From NCBI GenBank assembly GCA_030704615.1, contig CM060734.1:19592001-19656000 (forward strand): a DNA stretch of 64,000 nt, written 5' to 3'. A program made the translations under genes and the position numbers. This stretch comes from Takakia lepidozioides. Its lineage: Eukaryota; Plantae; Bryophyta. Position 1 is the first letter of the stretch. Each line of letters starts with the position of its first letter. Positions 62,753-64,000 of this stretch are shown one piece after another. The notes beneath the pieces are model-generated. The model did no database searches. It was not told the origin of the DNA and was given only the letters and a program-made list of their open reading frames with translations.

Positions 62753-64000
62753 CTGCATCATGTGCATGCCACAATAGCAACAACCTCATGAAAAACTGTA
62801 TACAGCTTCTCACAGGACAAATAACATGAGATTTCCAATTGCATAAACCAAGTACAGATAGCCAAACTATTTCCTTATTGCACTTACACAAGTCCAAATT
62901 GAGAACTCCCAAGGTAGAAAGGTAGAAATGATGTATGCCATAGTATGGGGTCAAGCTACAATACTAGCCTCTAAGCTGTCTTCCGATTCAATCCCATGGG
63001 TTTCAGTGTTTTCTTGGATGCTTAAATTATTATTGCAAACTCCATGGTCAATACCCCAAGCAGCCTTGTCCTCTTCATGGCTTCAGATGCCAATACCAAT
63101 CTTTAAACTCTACATATTGCACTTTTGGCTGAGTGGTTCCTCATTAAGTTTCTTAGAATGTACTCATAAGACGTTTAGTGGCGATAGACCCCGTCCCAAG
63201 TTTGGGCTGAACAAAAGGGAATAGATACTACCTTTGTGAGGGGCCCTCCGGTAGTGTGACTGACCTTGATAAAGACAATTAGTTCGAGTTTCCCAGATAT
63301 CAAAGCCCTTCACACAAGCATCAATTTGCTGTGAGTGAGCTGCCCAGCAATTAGACCCCCAACAGGGCCAGGGCTTTAGGCTCACCCTCAAGATTTTCAA
63401 AGTTGGTGAACAGAGGTGCTCAAGTTTCTTAGACTTGGCTAGGTCGGTGTTAGGTGGTGAGCCACTTGGAAAGGTCTCTTAATAAGGCTGAGCTGATACC
63501 AGACATGATAAGCCACCTTGTCCCTATATTTACGGGAATCTATTACCCTATATTCCATGCCGTCATACTCAGCACGCCCAACGCTTAATGGAGGGCTATT
63601 GAGTCCTAACAGGCAGAAGAAGCATCTTAACCTACCGCACACCTTGAAAACCTCTGAGGCAATTGGCTGCATTAGTTGCATCAGCCTTGCCTACTTTCCA
63701 TATATCTGTCAACATATATTGTTCAAGACAGACAACAGTAGCAATTTGTCAACTGAGCAGCCGTTCTTGAAGCAGTGAATTGGATCACCTCCTTGAACTA
63801 ATGCTTGTTGGACATTTTGGTTCTAAAGAGCATCACACCTGAAGACAAGGAGTGACCTCATTTCACCAAAGCCTGAACATAGAAGTTCTCCTCATTTCTG
63901 AAGTGAGGACTTGATGTTGTTTGGATGTGAAAATATCTATGGCAGAATGTACTCATGACTTCCAAACAATAAATGATGGTCACGAGTCGCCACCCGCCAC

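Noticed and set aside
63492-63501. PBS-like TGGTATCAGC in the AMPD intron
   Set aside because: No adjacent LTR or gag; chance match.

Overview
Eukaryotic genomic DNA, inferred to be from a non-seed land plant (TTTAGGG telomere-type repeats, spliced plant AMP deaminase, chromovirus and Sola-like elements). About 55 kb is a nested transposon graveyard, followed by host genes: an RRM-protein exon and the 3' nine exons of AMP deaminase. Mobile content: two inverted copies of a chromodomain Ty3/gypsy family, a non-chromovirus gypsy with a long extra 3' ORF, a Sola-like DDD transposase, a hAT transposase, a deleted gypsy, and an ~11.7 kb foldback-like element. The foldback-like element has palindromic arrays enclosing convergent kinase and RING-H2 pseudogenes. 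Most notable: an intron-containing gene for a prokaryote-type beta-class amino (N4-C/N6-A) DNA methyltransferase fold. It is not apparent as a single ORF because an inversion between the two chromovirus copies split it across both strands (16465-20044 minus, 22341-22480 plus). All family assignments come from manual motif recognition; no database searches were run.
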